Source: Octopus sinensis
Taxonomy: Eukaryota
Direction of reading: 5' to 3'
NCBI RefSeq assembly: GCF_006345805.1
Contig: NC_043005.1
Location: 70,928,001-70,992,000 of the forward strand
DNA: 64,000 bases
The translations under genes were made by a program, and so were the position numbers. Of the stretch, positions 51,656 through 62,916 are shown one piece after another (the stretch's first letter is position 1; each line of letters opens with the position of its first letter). Under the pieces are notes generated by a model. That model was not told the DNA's origin, made no database searches, and was given only the letters and a program-made list of their open reading frames with translations.

Positions 51656-54600
51656 ATTTCTTTATTACCCACAAGGGGCCAACGAAGAATGGGACAATAC
51701 ATCATGATTTGGGGTCATGAGACACAGATGGTATTTACAGAAAAAATGAACTTTTTTTTTTTTTTTTAAATTACAAAAAATCGGATAAATCGAATGATAT
51801 ACAACAACAACACAACATAAAGGTAACACATGAAGCGGGAACACCAGGATTGCCGACCCCACGAGCCCTGCTATTCCCACCGAAACTCGGCAGCCAACCT
51901 ACAGCATGTTTACGTGGCTCCTCTCACTCGCAGCAACCGTGCCACACGCTTCCATATTTTATCGAACTCACACGCAGACAGACACCTCTTCTCCAAATCC
52001 ACCTTTCTTTTTAGGTGGAACCTGAAATAGGTCACCAAGGCGGAGCCAGAGATCACGGTGCCTGCCGTTACCGCTTTCATTCTGGTCTTCCATATACACT
52101 CTTTCGCTACTGCTACTGTACTGAGAAAGCAATGCTTACCTTCACTTGTCAAAAAGCTAGGCGAGTCAATTTTTACAATTGTCTCAGCCGATAGCTGTAC
52201 TCTTCTTCCGTCCGACAACAGGTGTTCGGCATATACCCACACGTCCGAGACTTTCGGACACTGAACAATAGCGTGCGAGACTGTTTCCAGATCCCGCTCG
52301 CATCTTGGGCAGTTCGATGGTCCACTCCAACCATGCCTTGTGAGTAACGGTAAAGCTCCTCTGAAACATTGCCAGGTCAAAGACTTCTGGAAGTTATCCA
52401 ATGTCTTCGGCCCGAACGTCCTTCGGAACAGGCTGTCCAACTGATTTCTATCGAGGCCCAAGGTCCTTCCTAAGGCATCGTCATTTCCGGCCTCTACCAA
52501 CCTGCTATAAAAAGCTGCGGTGGTACCAAAGCCGCCGGCATTGCCCGAGTTGCGGAAGTGGCAGAGTGCCTTATGGCACTCCGAATACCACATGCTCGAT
52601 CTAAGTCTGCGACGAAACCAGGTTTCTCTGCCACCGAAACTGACAAAGCTGGGGAACATCAGCTTCGCAAGCGGGGACCACACCCGTTCACCATCCAGGT
52701 AGAGCCAAAATGCCTTAACCTCAGCGCATCTCTGCGCATCATCAGCCAAGGCATCCCCAAGCCACCCTTTAACGGTTTCTGACAGCAGATAGAACGTCTT
52801 ACAAGAGGAGCACTTCCCTTCCACAAAAAGTGGAAGATCTGTCTCTCCAACTTGCTCAACCACGAATCCGGACAAGGGACGACGGTCAGGCGGTAGGTGA
52901 TGACCGATGCTAAAAACACATTGGCCACCTCCGCCCTCCCTTTCAAGGACAGCCACCGTCCGGACCAAGTCCCGACCGCGTGAGCCACCTTGCCCGACAC
53001 CTCAGACCAGTTCTTTTCTATCTGGAGACCTGAACCAAACCAGATCCCTAGCAGCTTAACCGGGCCCTCCGTCCAGCATCCCACGATGCTATTCGAAGGC
53101 ATCGACTTGCCCCTCCAGGTGCCGAGTTGCAAGCCGACCGATTTTTCCCGGTTAATCTTTGCTCCTGTCACCGTCTCGTAAGCCTTGATGGCATCTCCCA
53201 CATTACGTAGGAGTTCCACCTCGGTCACGATGATGGTGATGTCGTCCGCATACGATGTCACAGATCCTCCACCTCCTGGATTCATCGGGATGGCGCTCAG
53301 CTTTCGCAGCAATGGCTCAAGAGCCATCACATACAAAATCGGGGAGAGCGGACACCCTTGACGAACAGACTGTTTGATGCGGAACGGCCTCGAGAGGAAG
53401 CCATTCACCCGAACGATCGAGTCGATGTTATCGTACAATTGTATGATCCACCTGAGGAAGCCAATGCCCAGACCGAACTGCGCCAGCACGGACACCAGGT
53501 ACCGATGGTTCACCCTATCAAACGCTTTACTCTGGTCTAAATGGACCAATGCCCCACCCTTGCCAGAGTCATTCCCAAACCTCTCTATTGTGTAGCGTAC
53601 TAGGTGAAGATTGTCCTGGATGGTTCTTCCTGGGACCGCACAAGTTTGTGCCTTCCCGATCAGACCACCCGCGACACGCGTCAACCTTTTCGCTAACACC
53701 TTGGCCAAAATCTTCACCTCTGTGTTTAGCAGTGTGATGGGCCGAAAATTGTCTGTGTTATCCCCCTTGCTCGGGTCCTTTCTGATCAGCGTCACCACTC
53801 CCCGACGTACAGATCTTGGAATGAACCCATTCTTCCGCCAGTTCGTGAAAACGCCGGCCAGCACGTTCCCGAACAAGTCTGGCATTCTTTTATATATTTC
53901 GTAAGGTAAACCATCGATCCCCGGCGCCCTGCCTTCACCGCAGTCGGCCAGGACCTCAGCTATCTCCTCAGATCGACGCTTCACAGCTCTCCGCGTCCTG
54001 CCCCGAGAGGCGCGGCAGCCCGGCGAGGATGTCCGTTAGGTCCACCCTCTCCTCCGGTCCGCCGTCGCCCCCAAAGAGCCGAGCGAAGTGCTCCTGAAAC
54101 GTCCGACACATCTCCTCTGGTTCGGTGATCACATCACCTCGCCCATTCGTCACAGACTTAATTGTGGAATCGTTTCCACGTCGAGCCTCCACAACTCGTG
54201 CCCATCCGGCAGCCTTGATACCCTCGCACCCCATTGCGCGAATTCTAGCTCTGACGATACAACCCATATGTTGGGCTTCGAGGTGCTGCTTCAACTCCAG
54301 TCTCTTCAGCCTAACCTGGGCCCCATCGCCAGCTCTCATGGCTTCCTCTAAGGCCTTAACTAGCCCCATCTCTTTCTTACGCCCGCTAGTTGCTAGACCT
54401 ATGCTGTATCTAACGGACTCGTATTTTATGGCTCTTTTGAGGGCGTACCACCATTTGTTGTTAATAATGGAACCGGTTAACGCCCTCTTCACTACTAACT
54501 CGATCCGCTTTCTGTACTCCTCAATAGCCAGGAGGGACTTATTGAGTTTCCAGTAGCCGGATCCCCTACTACCTAACTTATCTAGGTTCAGTTCGCCAGT

Positions 54601-56801
54601 GACCATCCTGTGATCGCTGTAACTGACCGTGTGAAACTGTGGACACTTAACTAATCCTTTATCTATTTTTCTAATAAAAATTCTGTCTATGTAAGACCCG
54701 ATAGACCCGTCGCCACTTAACCACGTCCACTGTGGAGCGTTCGGGAATTCAAGTCTGTGGGGATCTACCAGCTGAAAGTGACTCAGTAGATCCCGGAAGC
54801 CAGCGTTTGGTTTCCTATCTTTCGAGCCAATGCCATCGACGCGCGCGTCGACTATGGCATTAAAGTCCCCTAACATGACTATGGATTTTGACGTGCCAAG
54901 AAACTTCTCCAAGCCTCGATAAAAATCAGTCTGACCCGTATTAGGTGCATACACCGCCACCAGCCTGATTTCTTTACCACAACTGAACGTCAGATCTAAG
55001 ACGACCAGCCTACCTTCTGAATCAGAAAAAATCAACTTTTTCTCTGCGACACTATCTTTTTTAAGCAGAACCAACACCCCACTCCCGCCCACATGCCGTC
55101 CAGGAGAAATAAATTTCTCGTAGCCTTCCATGAGCGGGAGTAGATCTCTTGGCCCTTCGATTCGTGTCTCAGTAGCGACAATTACATTTAAGTTCCGCGC
55201 CCTGATATCGTTTAGAAAACGACCTTGTTTCCAGTTCGCTACCAGGACGCGCACATTTATGCAACCAACGTAAACAGCCATAGTTTGCCTACCTTATTTC
55301 CTCTGGGTCCGGCCGGCGGGGTGGACCCGTCTCTTCTGCCTCAGATGAACGTGGACTCGGCGCGTTGTTGTTCTTTCTTTCTGCATCCTTCAGGGCATCC
55401 TCCCTGCTCATTCTGGGTGTGCCTACGTATTTTCTAAAGTCGTTTGCATACGTGTTGAACCCTTTCAGTCCCATCACGTAGCATCTCCAGCCTCCACCTT
55501 TCGCTTCCATCTCCACCTCCTCGACGTGTTGAGTCTCCACTCTGCGTACCACTTCTCTGTTTGCGGTATTCATCGCCTGTTCTCCCTCTCCGGCTTCTTC
55601 GCCTTCTTTACTTCTCTCTTCTCTTTGCTTATAATTTTCTCCGGGGAGGGGTTGTTGTGCTTTCGTTTTGTCGCAGCAACCTGTGACCACCCCTCCCCTA
55701 CTTCTGTTGCGGCTGTCGTTTCTGTAGCCGCCACTTGAGCACTTGGTTTTGTGGGTACGCTCTTTTCCTTCTCCGCCGGCTTACAGTCCTTTTTGATGTG
55801 GCCCTTCTTGCCACAGGTGAAACACCTGGGCTTCCGGCCCTCCACCATTACTGCCATCCGGCTCTCTCCTATTTCGATGACCTCGCCTATCTCTTCCAAG
55901 GCGACCTGCTCTGCCTGTACAATAATTTGTACTTTCTGTCCATGCCACTTTTTGGCTTCTACCACCGTGGCATCACGCACTTCCATTTGGTCTTCCAGTC
56001 CTGCAGTGACCCCAGCCACTATCAGTTCGGGCTCGATCTCCGGCGGTATGTTGGCAACCGTAATTTTTGAAATACGCCTTCCTCTATAGATAGGTAGAAG
56101 GGTTATTGTGCCTGTTTTTAGGGGCTTCATTGAATGTTCCCTCGCTTCTTCTTCTGTCTTGAACCTAGTTTCCACAGTTCCGTACCTCTTACCCCTGGTT
56201 AAAAATGTGATTTTATCCCAGATGGGTAGTAGGCACGCCTCCACTTCCTTTTCCCACGAAAAGTCTATTTTCCTTTCTATGTTACGGTATGTTTTGAATA
56301 TTACCGTTCTCTTCTCTATCTCTTCGAGAGATTCTTTCATCTGGTTTAGTTTAATCTTGTACCCGTCTCGAGACACTATCTTCTTCGCTTCTTCCACCCT
56401 GGTTAGGTTAATCCTTCTTTCCTTCGGACTAGCTGCCTCGGCGAAGTTTAGCACCTTCCTTGCCATGCTTGGCACATCTATACTCTTTCTGACTCTCCCA
56501 CTTTCCTCCTCGTCCGAGAAAATGTCGGGTATAGCCATTATTCCTTCCAGGTTGGACATCTCTGGACTAAGGACCTGGGTTTGGACTTCCGCTCTGTCCG
56601 CCTTCGGGCTGGCCATTATTGGCCTACCCCTCCTCAGCGTCTTCACTGAAATTGGTCAAATAAATTTGACTAACGAAAAAAACCAACTTACTTTTTTTTT
56701 TTTTTTTTTTTTTTAGTAGCAACAGTGACTTTATATAGGTGCCGACCAGGCGGGACAAAACATTCGCGTCAAAAATGAATAAGTGTCATTATATCACATC
56801 C

Positions 56802-58492
56802 TATTTCTTTATTACCCACTAGGGGCCACGAAGAGGGAACATTACAAAACATGGGGGACATAAAACAATGCGATTAAAATTATGATTAAATGAATGTTAA
56901 AATGAAAAAATGATAACATGAAAGCGATGCTAACGGCCCCCTCCGCCAGCATCACTTACCTTTCCGTTTCCTATCACGATTCCAAAGTGTTTCACCTCAC
57001 CTTTCATTTCTCTCTCATATCTCTCTATCATATCATCCTTCATAAATGCTGATATACAATTTATACGTAGTTCATTGCACTTGCTCATCAAAGAGCCCAT
57101 GAGTTCAAAATCGAATACCGCATAACTTCCGTCCTCATACTCCTGCCATACATTGTCTTCAAAAAGCCTTCTTGCGTTCTCAGTATCCCCCTTCCTCACA
57201 ACACATAAAAAGTAGGACTGGGGCTTTTGTATGTTCTGTGTGTCTGTTTTCGTTTTTCTTGTAGGCGGGGAGTGGGTGGGATTGCTGTTTGCGGGGGCAG
57301 GATGGGTCTCCAAGGGTGTGGGTGGTGTTGGGGTGGGTTGGGGCTTCACACAGTTTTTCCTTTTCTTTCCTTTTCTCTTCTTTCTGCCCTCCTCACACTC
57401 TTTTTGCATCTCCTCCTCCTCTGTCGTTTCCCTTTCCGTCTGCTTCTCTTTAATTTCTTCTTCTTTTGGGGCCTCCTCTTTTGGAGTTTCCTCAACGATT
57501 TCCTTTTCTCTTGGTGGGGGAGGGCAGAAGGCTCTTATGTGGCCCCTCAGGCCACACTTGTAACAACGTGGAGCTCTGCCCTCCACCCACACTCTCATAA
57601 TCACGTCTCCCAATTTAATGCTCTCCGCCAGGTCCGCCAGTACCTCGCTCTCCGCCTGCACGTTCAGCTCTACTGTTACGCCTCTCCAGCCCTCGGTCTT
57701 GACCGAGGCATGGAGAATATCTACTTTCTCCTCGTGGCCGCTGATCACAGCCGCCACAATCCATTCAGCCTCCACGTTTGGTGGCACTCCCTCCACCCTT
57801 ACTCGTGTAATCCTTCTATTCATGTACATAGGTAAAAGTGTTACCTTTTCTGATTTCACCGCCTTCACCGCCATCTTCCTCGCTGCAGTCTCACTTTTAA
57901 AATGTACCACTACAGTACCGTATTTCGATCCTCGAGTCAGAAAAATGATTTCCTCCTCCGATTTTCTCAGGGCCTCCTCTATCCATTCCATGTTTACGAT
58001 CTCTATTTTCTTTCTTTCGTTCAGGAACACCCTGTAAATTATGGTCCTCTTATTGTACCATTCCTTTCTCTTTGGTGGTGGTTCCAGTTCCACCTCGCCG
58101 CTGTCCTTCCTCATATACCTCTGGAAACCTGGCAATTTTTCTAGGTTTATTTCTTTTTCCTGTTCCGTCTTCTTTTTTGCAACTCCTGCGTACGTTTTCC
58201 TGTTTTTTGTCTCCACATTATTTACATCACCGATTTGCTCGTCTTCAGAGTTTGATGTCTCCGACAAGCTCTCAAATATCCATTCTTCCTCCGACTCCTC
58301 CACTAGGGAGTGGTCATCCATCTCCTCCCGCCTGACAGGCCGAAAACGGCCGTCAAAACAGAAAAAGTGTAACGCGCAGAACCAGTGGAACGCGAAACCG
58401 CTTTAACGCCGTTCAAAATTTCCACAACAACAACAATTCTTTTTGATCTTTTTTTACCGAACTTCACGCGCGTAAAAATAACACGACCGAAC
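56802..58492 (-). mobile_element. ORF1-only (HAL1-like) element with intact ORF
   Basis: 16-bp TSD TCATTATATCACATCC at 56786-56801 and 58493-58508; conserved tail at 56802-56850. Confidence 0.92.
56930..58321 (-). CDS. Tx1-type ORF1 protein (463 aa) of the ORF1-only element
   Basis: Uninterrupted ORF: TYAGVA, SKYGTVVVHF, LLPMYMNRR, VEGRAPRCYKCGLRGHIRAFC, charged linker, C-terminal domain. Confidence 0.9.
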   Translation of the reverse strand: MDDHSLVEESEEEWIFESLSETSNSEDEQIGDVNNVETKNRKTYAGVAKKKTEQEKEINLEKLPGFQRYMRKDSGEVELEPPPKRKEWYNKRTIIYRVFLNERKKIEIVNMEWIEEALRKSEEEIIFLTRGSKYGTVVVHFKSETAARKMAVKAVKSEKVTLLPMYMNRRITRVRVEGVPPNVEAEWIVAAVISGHEEKVDILHASVKTEGWRGVTVELNVQAESEVLADLAESIKLGDVIMRVWVEGRAPRCYKCGLRGHIRAFCPPPPREKEIVEETPKEEAPKEEEIKEKQTERETTEEEEMQKECEEGRKKRKGKKRKNCVKPQPTPTPPTPLETHPAPANSNPTHSPPTRKTKTDTQNIQKPQSYFLCVVRKGDTENARRLFEDNVWQEYEDGSYAVFDFELMGSLMSKCNELRINCISAFMKDDMIERYEREMKGEVKHFGIVIGNGKVSDAGGGGR

Positions 58493-58514
58493 TCATTATA
58501 TCACATCCATATAT

Positions 58515-59040
58515 CGCAGTTGTCTATTCAATACAAATGTCTCAGTCCATTTTAGTCACATGGGGGTGGTTGGAATCTATACATTTTTTTCACTATTTAT
58601 GCTATTTTATCATCAGTGTTTTTTCTTAAATGCTACATTCCTCTTATCTTTCCTCTCAGTTCAAACTCATTCCTGCTTCATCCTCCTCTTCTCCATGGTT
58701 CCTTTCACAATGAAATTACACCAGCACACCAACCTCCTTCACTATCTCACACTACTACACGACCATACTTGCGCACCTAAACATACACAAAAATCAACAC
58801 ACATACACACACCTCCAGCTTTTCTCGTCTCAAAGCGTTAATACCATCCTATACCTGCACCACTCTGCCTTCTTTTACCTTCCTAACGGTCCCACCCTAT
58901 AGAACCACATATCTAACTGGTCCCTGATGGTTTTTTTTTTATTTTTGTCACCATCTTTTGCTATTCTTTTATTTCTTCTGGTGAAGGACTAACATCTCAA
59001 ACGTCAGGTCACTTTTCTTTCTTTTTAAGCACTAAACTAA
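58515..59040 (-). mobile_element. Ancient repeat remnant, possibly a LINE 3' end; related copy at ~7785-7860
   Basis: CAGTTGTCTATT..AATA..AAT..TCT..TCCA.TTTAGTCACATGGGG..TG.TTGGAATC is shared by both loci. Confidence 0.45.
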
Positions 59041-59180
59041 TACATTTGTTAAAACTTATCCCTCCACTGTTGTCTTCTTTTTTTGTTCATTGCCTAATAT
59101 GCTCCCTACACACACACGTACATACATATACACACTTATGGATATTTACATATATGTTCATTCTACTATTCATTTCAGTA

Positions 59181-59510
59181 AAGGCTCATGGCTCAGTGGT
59201 TAATATCGAGCTTATGATTGCGAGGTTGTGAGTTCGAATCCCGGACCGGGCTGCGTGTTGTGTTCTTGAGCAAGACACTTTATTTCACGTTGCTCCAGTT
59301 CACTCAGCTGTAGAAATAAGTTGCAACGTCACAAGTACCAAGCTGTATCGGCCTTTCCCTTATACAACACTGATGACGTGGAGAGGGGAGGCCGGTATGC
59401 ATGGGCGACAGCTGGTCTTCCATAAACAACCTTGCCCAGACTTGTGCCTGGGAGGGTTACTTCCTAGGTTCAATCCCATGGTCAGTCATGGCCGAAGGGG
59501 GTTTCAATCA
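59181..59510 (+). mobile_element. tRNA-headed SINE family 3
   Basis: A box GGCTCAGTGG, B box GAGTTCGAATCC, then TTGAGCAAGACACTT body; degraded head of similar type at ~7625-7690. Confidence 0.75.
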
Positions 59511-59845
59511 ACTATTCATTTCACAATGTCTTTTTTTTATTAGTGTCAGAAAAGATATCTTGGAGCATCGTTGCAGTTCTTTATTTTTGGCTTTGCATTT
59601 CATCATTGCAGGATTTAATAAAATAAATTTCCAACTGAATATTAGGGAGTGATTGTATTGCTATATGAAATCTTAGATATAAATAGAATTATATAAGAAT
59701 TTTAGCAGTTGTCATATGAAGTTGTGGAATTCAGTATTTTATTTGGAAGCATGTACTGGCATCAGGGATTGATTGCAGCTGCAGAATAATGCCTGAAGAA
59801 GTGTTGGCCAATCCTTGCCAGAGTAGGAAAAATAAAAATTCTAAT

Positions 59846-60130
59846 TTACATAGAGATACAGATGCCTTGTAAGTAAATTTGGTAAATGGAAACTGTGTGG
59901 AAATTTGTCCTATATTTGTGTGTATGTTTCTTTGTGTTTGTCTCTCACTACCACTTGTCTGGTATTGGTTTGTTTATGTCTTCATAACTTAGAGGCTCAG
60001 CTAAAGAGGATACTGGGATAAGGATAAAATTTTTAAAAACGGAGTACTAGAGTAGCTCAGTCTGACTAAAACCCTTCAAGGCAGTGCTCTATTATGGCCA
60101 CTTTCCAAACACTGAAACAATCAATGATTT
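59846..60130 (+). mobile_element. 5'-truncated, degraded SINE family 2 copy
   Basis: GTAAATGGAAACTG..TTGGTTTGTTTATGTC..GGCAGTGCTC..ACTGAAACAA. Confidence 0.65.
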
Positions 60131-60169
60131 ATAATATAAAAGACAAACTCTTTTCATTTACATTCTTAT

Positions 60170-60570
60170 ATTCTTTTCTACTCTCGGCACAAGGTACGAA
60201 ATTTTGGGTGAAGGGGCCAGTCGATTAGATTGACTCCAGTATGCAACTGGTACTTGATTTATCGGCCCTGAAAGGATAAAAGGCGAAGTCGACCTTGGCA
60301 GAATTTGAACTCAGAATGCAAAGACAGATGAAATACCTATTTCTTTACTAACCACAAGGGGCTAAACACAGAGAGGATAAACAAGGACAGACTAATGGAT
60401 TAAATCAATTATATCGACCCCAGTGCATAACTGGTACTTATTTAATTGACCTCAAAAGGATGAAAGGCAAAGTCGACCTCGGAGGAATTTGAACTGAGAA
60501 CGTAGCGGCAGATGAAAAACTGCTAAGCATTTCGCCTGGCATGCTAACATTTCCGCCAGCTCACCACCTT
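60170..60570 (-). mobile_element. Two abutting SINE family 1 copies (60170-60337 with alternative tail; 60338-60570 with Tx1-type tail)
   Basis: Both carry the reverse-complement body ..GAAAGGATGAAAGGCAAAGTCGACCT..; the second begins TATTTCTTTACTAACCACAAGGGGCTAAACACAGAG. Confidence 0.85.
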
Positions 60571-61214
60571 TTTTTTTTTCGTTCTTATATTAAATTAAAA
60601 GTTTTGATTAAATTAATAAAAATAAAATTCATTGTTTGAATTTCACACATTTTCTTCAGAGTATTCAACCTGTTTCTCCATTATCCTTTTTTAAGGTGAT
60701 GTTTTCAATGTTTTCTTATTAATCTTGTAAAAAGAGAGAAAAGGTAGAATTTCTAACATGACAGCAGATAAACACGAAACGTACGGCTAAAGAAAACTTG
60801 ATGGAATGATACCTTACAATGAAGAAAGCTGAATATACCAGTTTGCTAGTCATTCATCTTCAGATGCAGACAATACTAATATAGGTACACTATATGTTAG
60901 AAATAGCACAGGAAAAGGAAAATAGATGGTGATATTGTTGAAGTGGTGAATTATAAAAATGCTATATCTCCATATATGTCAAGAATATAAGCAAGTAATT
61001 TCAGACAGCTTTGAACATTGTTCAATTGCAATACTGTGTTGTTATTGAAGAAGTGATGGCGAATGAGATGAGAACTAATGAAAAGAAATGATAAAAATTG
61101 AGTATATGTCTGAGATGAACTTGTTTCTTGAAAACCATTCAAACCCATATCAATACAAATTGATATTTAAGGAAGAAATGAATGATGTTGTAGACATAGA
61201 ATAGGAAATAAATC

Positions 61215-61425
61215 ATTATCAGAATGGTAACCGTGGTGATGATAGAATTTCTGTTGTTAGTAGTGTTATTGATTTTGATGTTGTTATTGTTGTTGTTGAT
61301 AATGATGTTGAAGAGGAAAGTGATAATGATGATGTTGAAGGGGGAAATGATAATGATGATGTTGATAATAATAATAATAATAATAATAATAATTGTGATG
61401 ATGACAATCATTGCGATGATCTAAT
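61215..61425. repeat. (GAT/TTG/ATA)n microsatellite
   Basis: Direct inspection. Confidence 0.9.
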
Positions 61426-61919
61426 TTCGCTTTCTCTGCCAAAATCATATATAAATCTTGTTAGCAATATCTAAAATGATAAAATTTATTGACAATATGT
61501 TGAGCAAATATTTACTTGATGTTGGCCACTGTCTGATGTCAAGTGAAAACAAGTACATTGGAAGCAGCTGCCAAAAACTGTTGACTCCACAAACACAAGT
61601 TGTGTAAAATAGCTACAAGCTAGAAAAATACATTTTTCTAATTGCTATCTAATAACAAAATTATAATCTGCACCACCGGTATTAAGAAATAAGAATTGCA
61701 GAAAGGATGGGAAAGAATCCAGTGTTAGTTATTGCTCAATAGCTGTACAAAAGTGGCAGTGAAGGAGCAAAATACACTGTTAGCAAATGATACTTATCTA
61801 GTATTGCTTCAAGAAATAACTAGGATATTAGAATGGTTGGAAAAACATGGGAAATATATTACACATATGTCTGAAAAATTCTTATCTATGTAGAATGGTG
61901 AAGATAAAGTAGAAATTCA

Positions 61920-61982
61920 GTATATGTGTATATATATATATAAAGATCTTATCCTTATTTATATAAATTCATATATATACAT

Positions 61983-62030
<48 letters not shown>

Positions 62031-62054
62031 ATGTATATTATATGTGTATATATA

Positions 62055-62091
<37 letters not shown>

Positions 62092-62092
62092 T
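61920..62092. repeat. (AT)n/(GT)n microsatellite
   Basis: Direct inspection. Confidence 0.9.
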
Positions 62093-62194
62093 GGTATAAA
62101 CGGTAAGATAACAAAAGAAAGAAAGAGACCTGAATATTATGTAAATAGAGGAAATTTATCTATAAAATAATATGTTACATTTACTCAATAGTCA

Positions 62195-62257
62195 AGATAA
62201 AACTCTGAGTTTCAGATGCCGAAGTGGAAATCCACAACACCATCTCTTCGGTTATCT
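62195..62257 (-). ncRNA. Candidate degenerate type I hammerhead ribozyme
   Basis: Minus strand: AGATAA-CCGAAGA-GATG..CATC-T-GAAAC-TCAGA-GTT-TTATCT; stems I and II pair, core has deviations. Confidence 0.5.
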
Positions 62258-62916
62258 GGCCATCTGAAAAACGCTATGAAAAAATACCGTTACATAAAGG
62301 GAAATTACTGTATTATAATTCTGCTCGCGAACCCACGTGTCTACTTATACGTCCCTATGAAAACGTACAAATATATATGCATATATATACAAACTCATAC
62401 ACACACACATGCGTACCGTAAAAGTTCATACGTCTATATACGCACAAGCACAAGAAAAACCATGGTTAAAGGTTACAGAAAAAACATAAGGAAGTATACA
62501 AAGCATAAAAACCACATTCATATACGGACATGCCCCTATGCACTCATACACACACACGCCCATATATGTACATACCCGCACATATTTATATACACATACA
62601 CACACACGCATATGCAAAAAATGAATATACATATGTCCCACCCCCACAAAAAAATGGAAAAATACTAAATAAAAACGTCTATATATATGTGCATTCTTAT
62701 GCCCGCACACACTCACACATCTAAAACTGCCCACTCATACATATTCACACACGTGTACAAATGAATCTATATACACGTCTATATAGGCACAGGAAAAATG
62801 CAGGATAGAAAAGTACAGAAAAAATTAATATGTGTGAAAATATAAATATATATATGAAATAATAAAAGGTATAATGAGATAAAAAACTTTTTGGGACATA
62901 ATATAGAAAGCAAGTT

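Larger units (their letters stand above)
51656..58514 (-). mobile_element. Tx1 element C2, full length; 5' end interrupted at 56802-58492
   Basis: ORF1 56646 to 55289 (one frameshift); ORF2 55281 to 51910 in three frames. Confidence 0.92.

Noticed and set aside
9591-56850. Recurring ~40-nt motif resembling a CRISPR-type repeat
   Set aside because: Spacing is 0.04-13 kb, copies are degenerate, each sits at a retroelement 3' end, and the context is eukaryotic with no cas genes.
11053-58406. Plus-strand ORFs of 100-200 aa overlapping the Tx1 ORFs
   Set aside because: They are antisense shadows of purine-rich minus-strand coding sequence, with no recognisable motifs.
28712-58514. Mirror order C-D-E-D-C suggesting an inverted duplication
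   Set aside because: All units share one orientation and the paired copies differ in many substitutions and nested insertions.
59181-59255. Functional tRNA gene
   Set aside because: A and B boxes run straight into a SINE body, with no acceptor stem closure or terminator.
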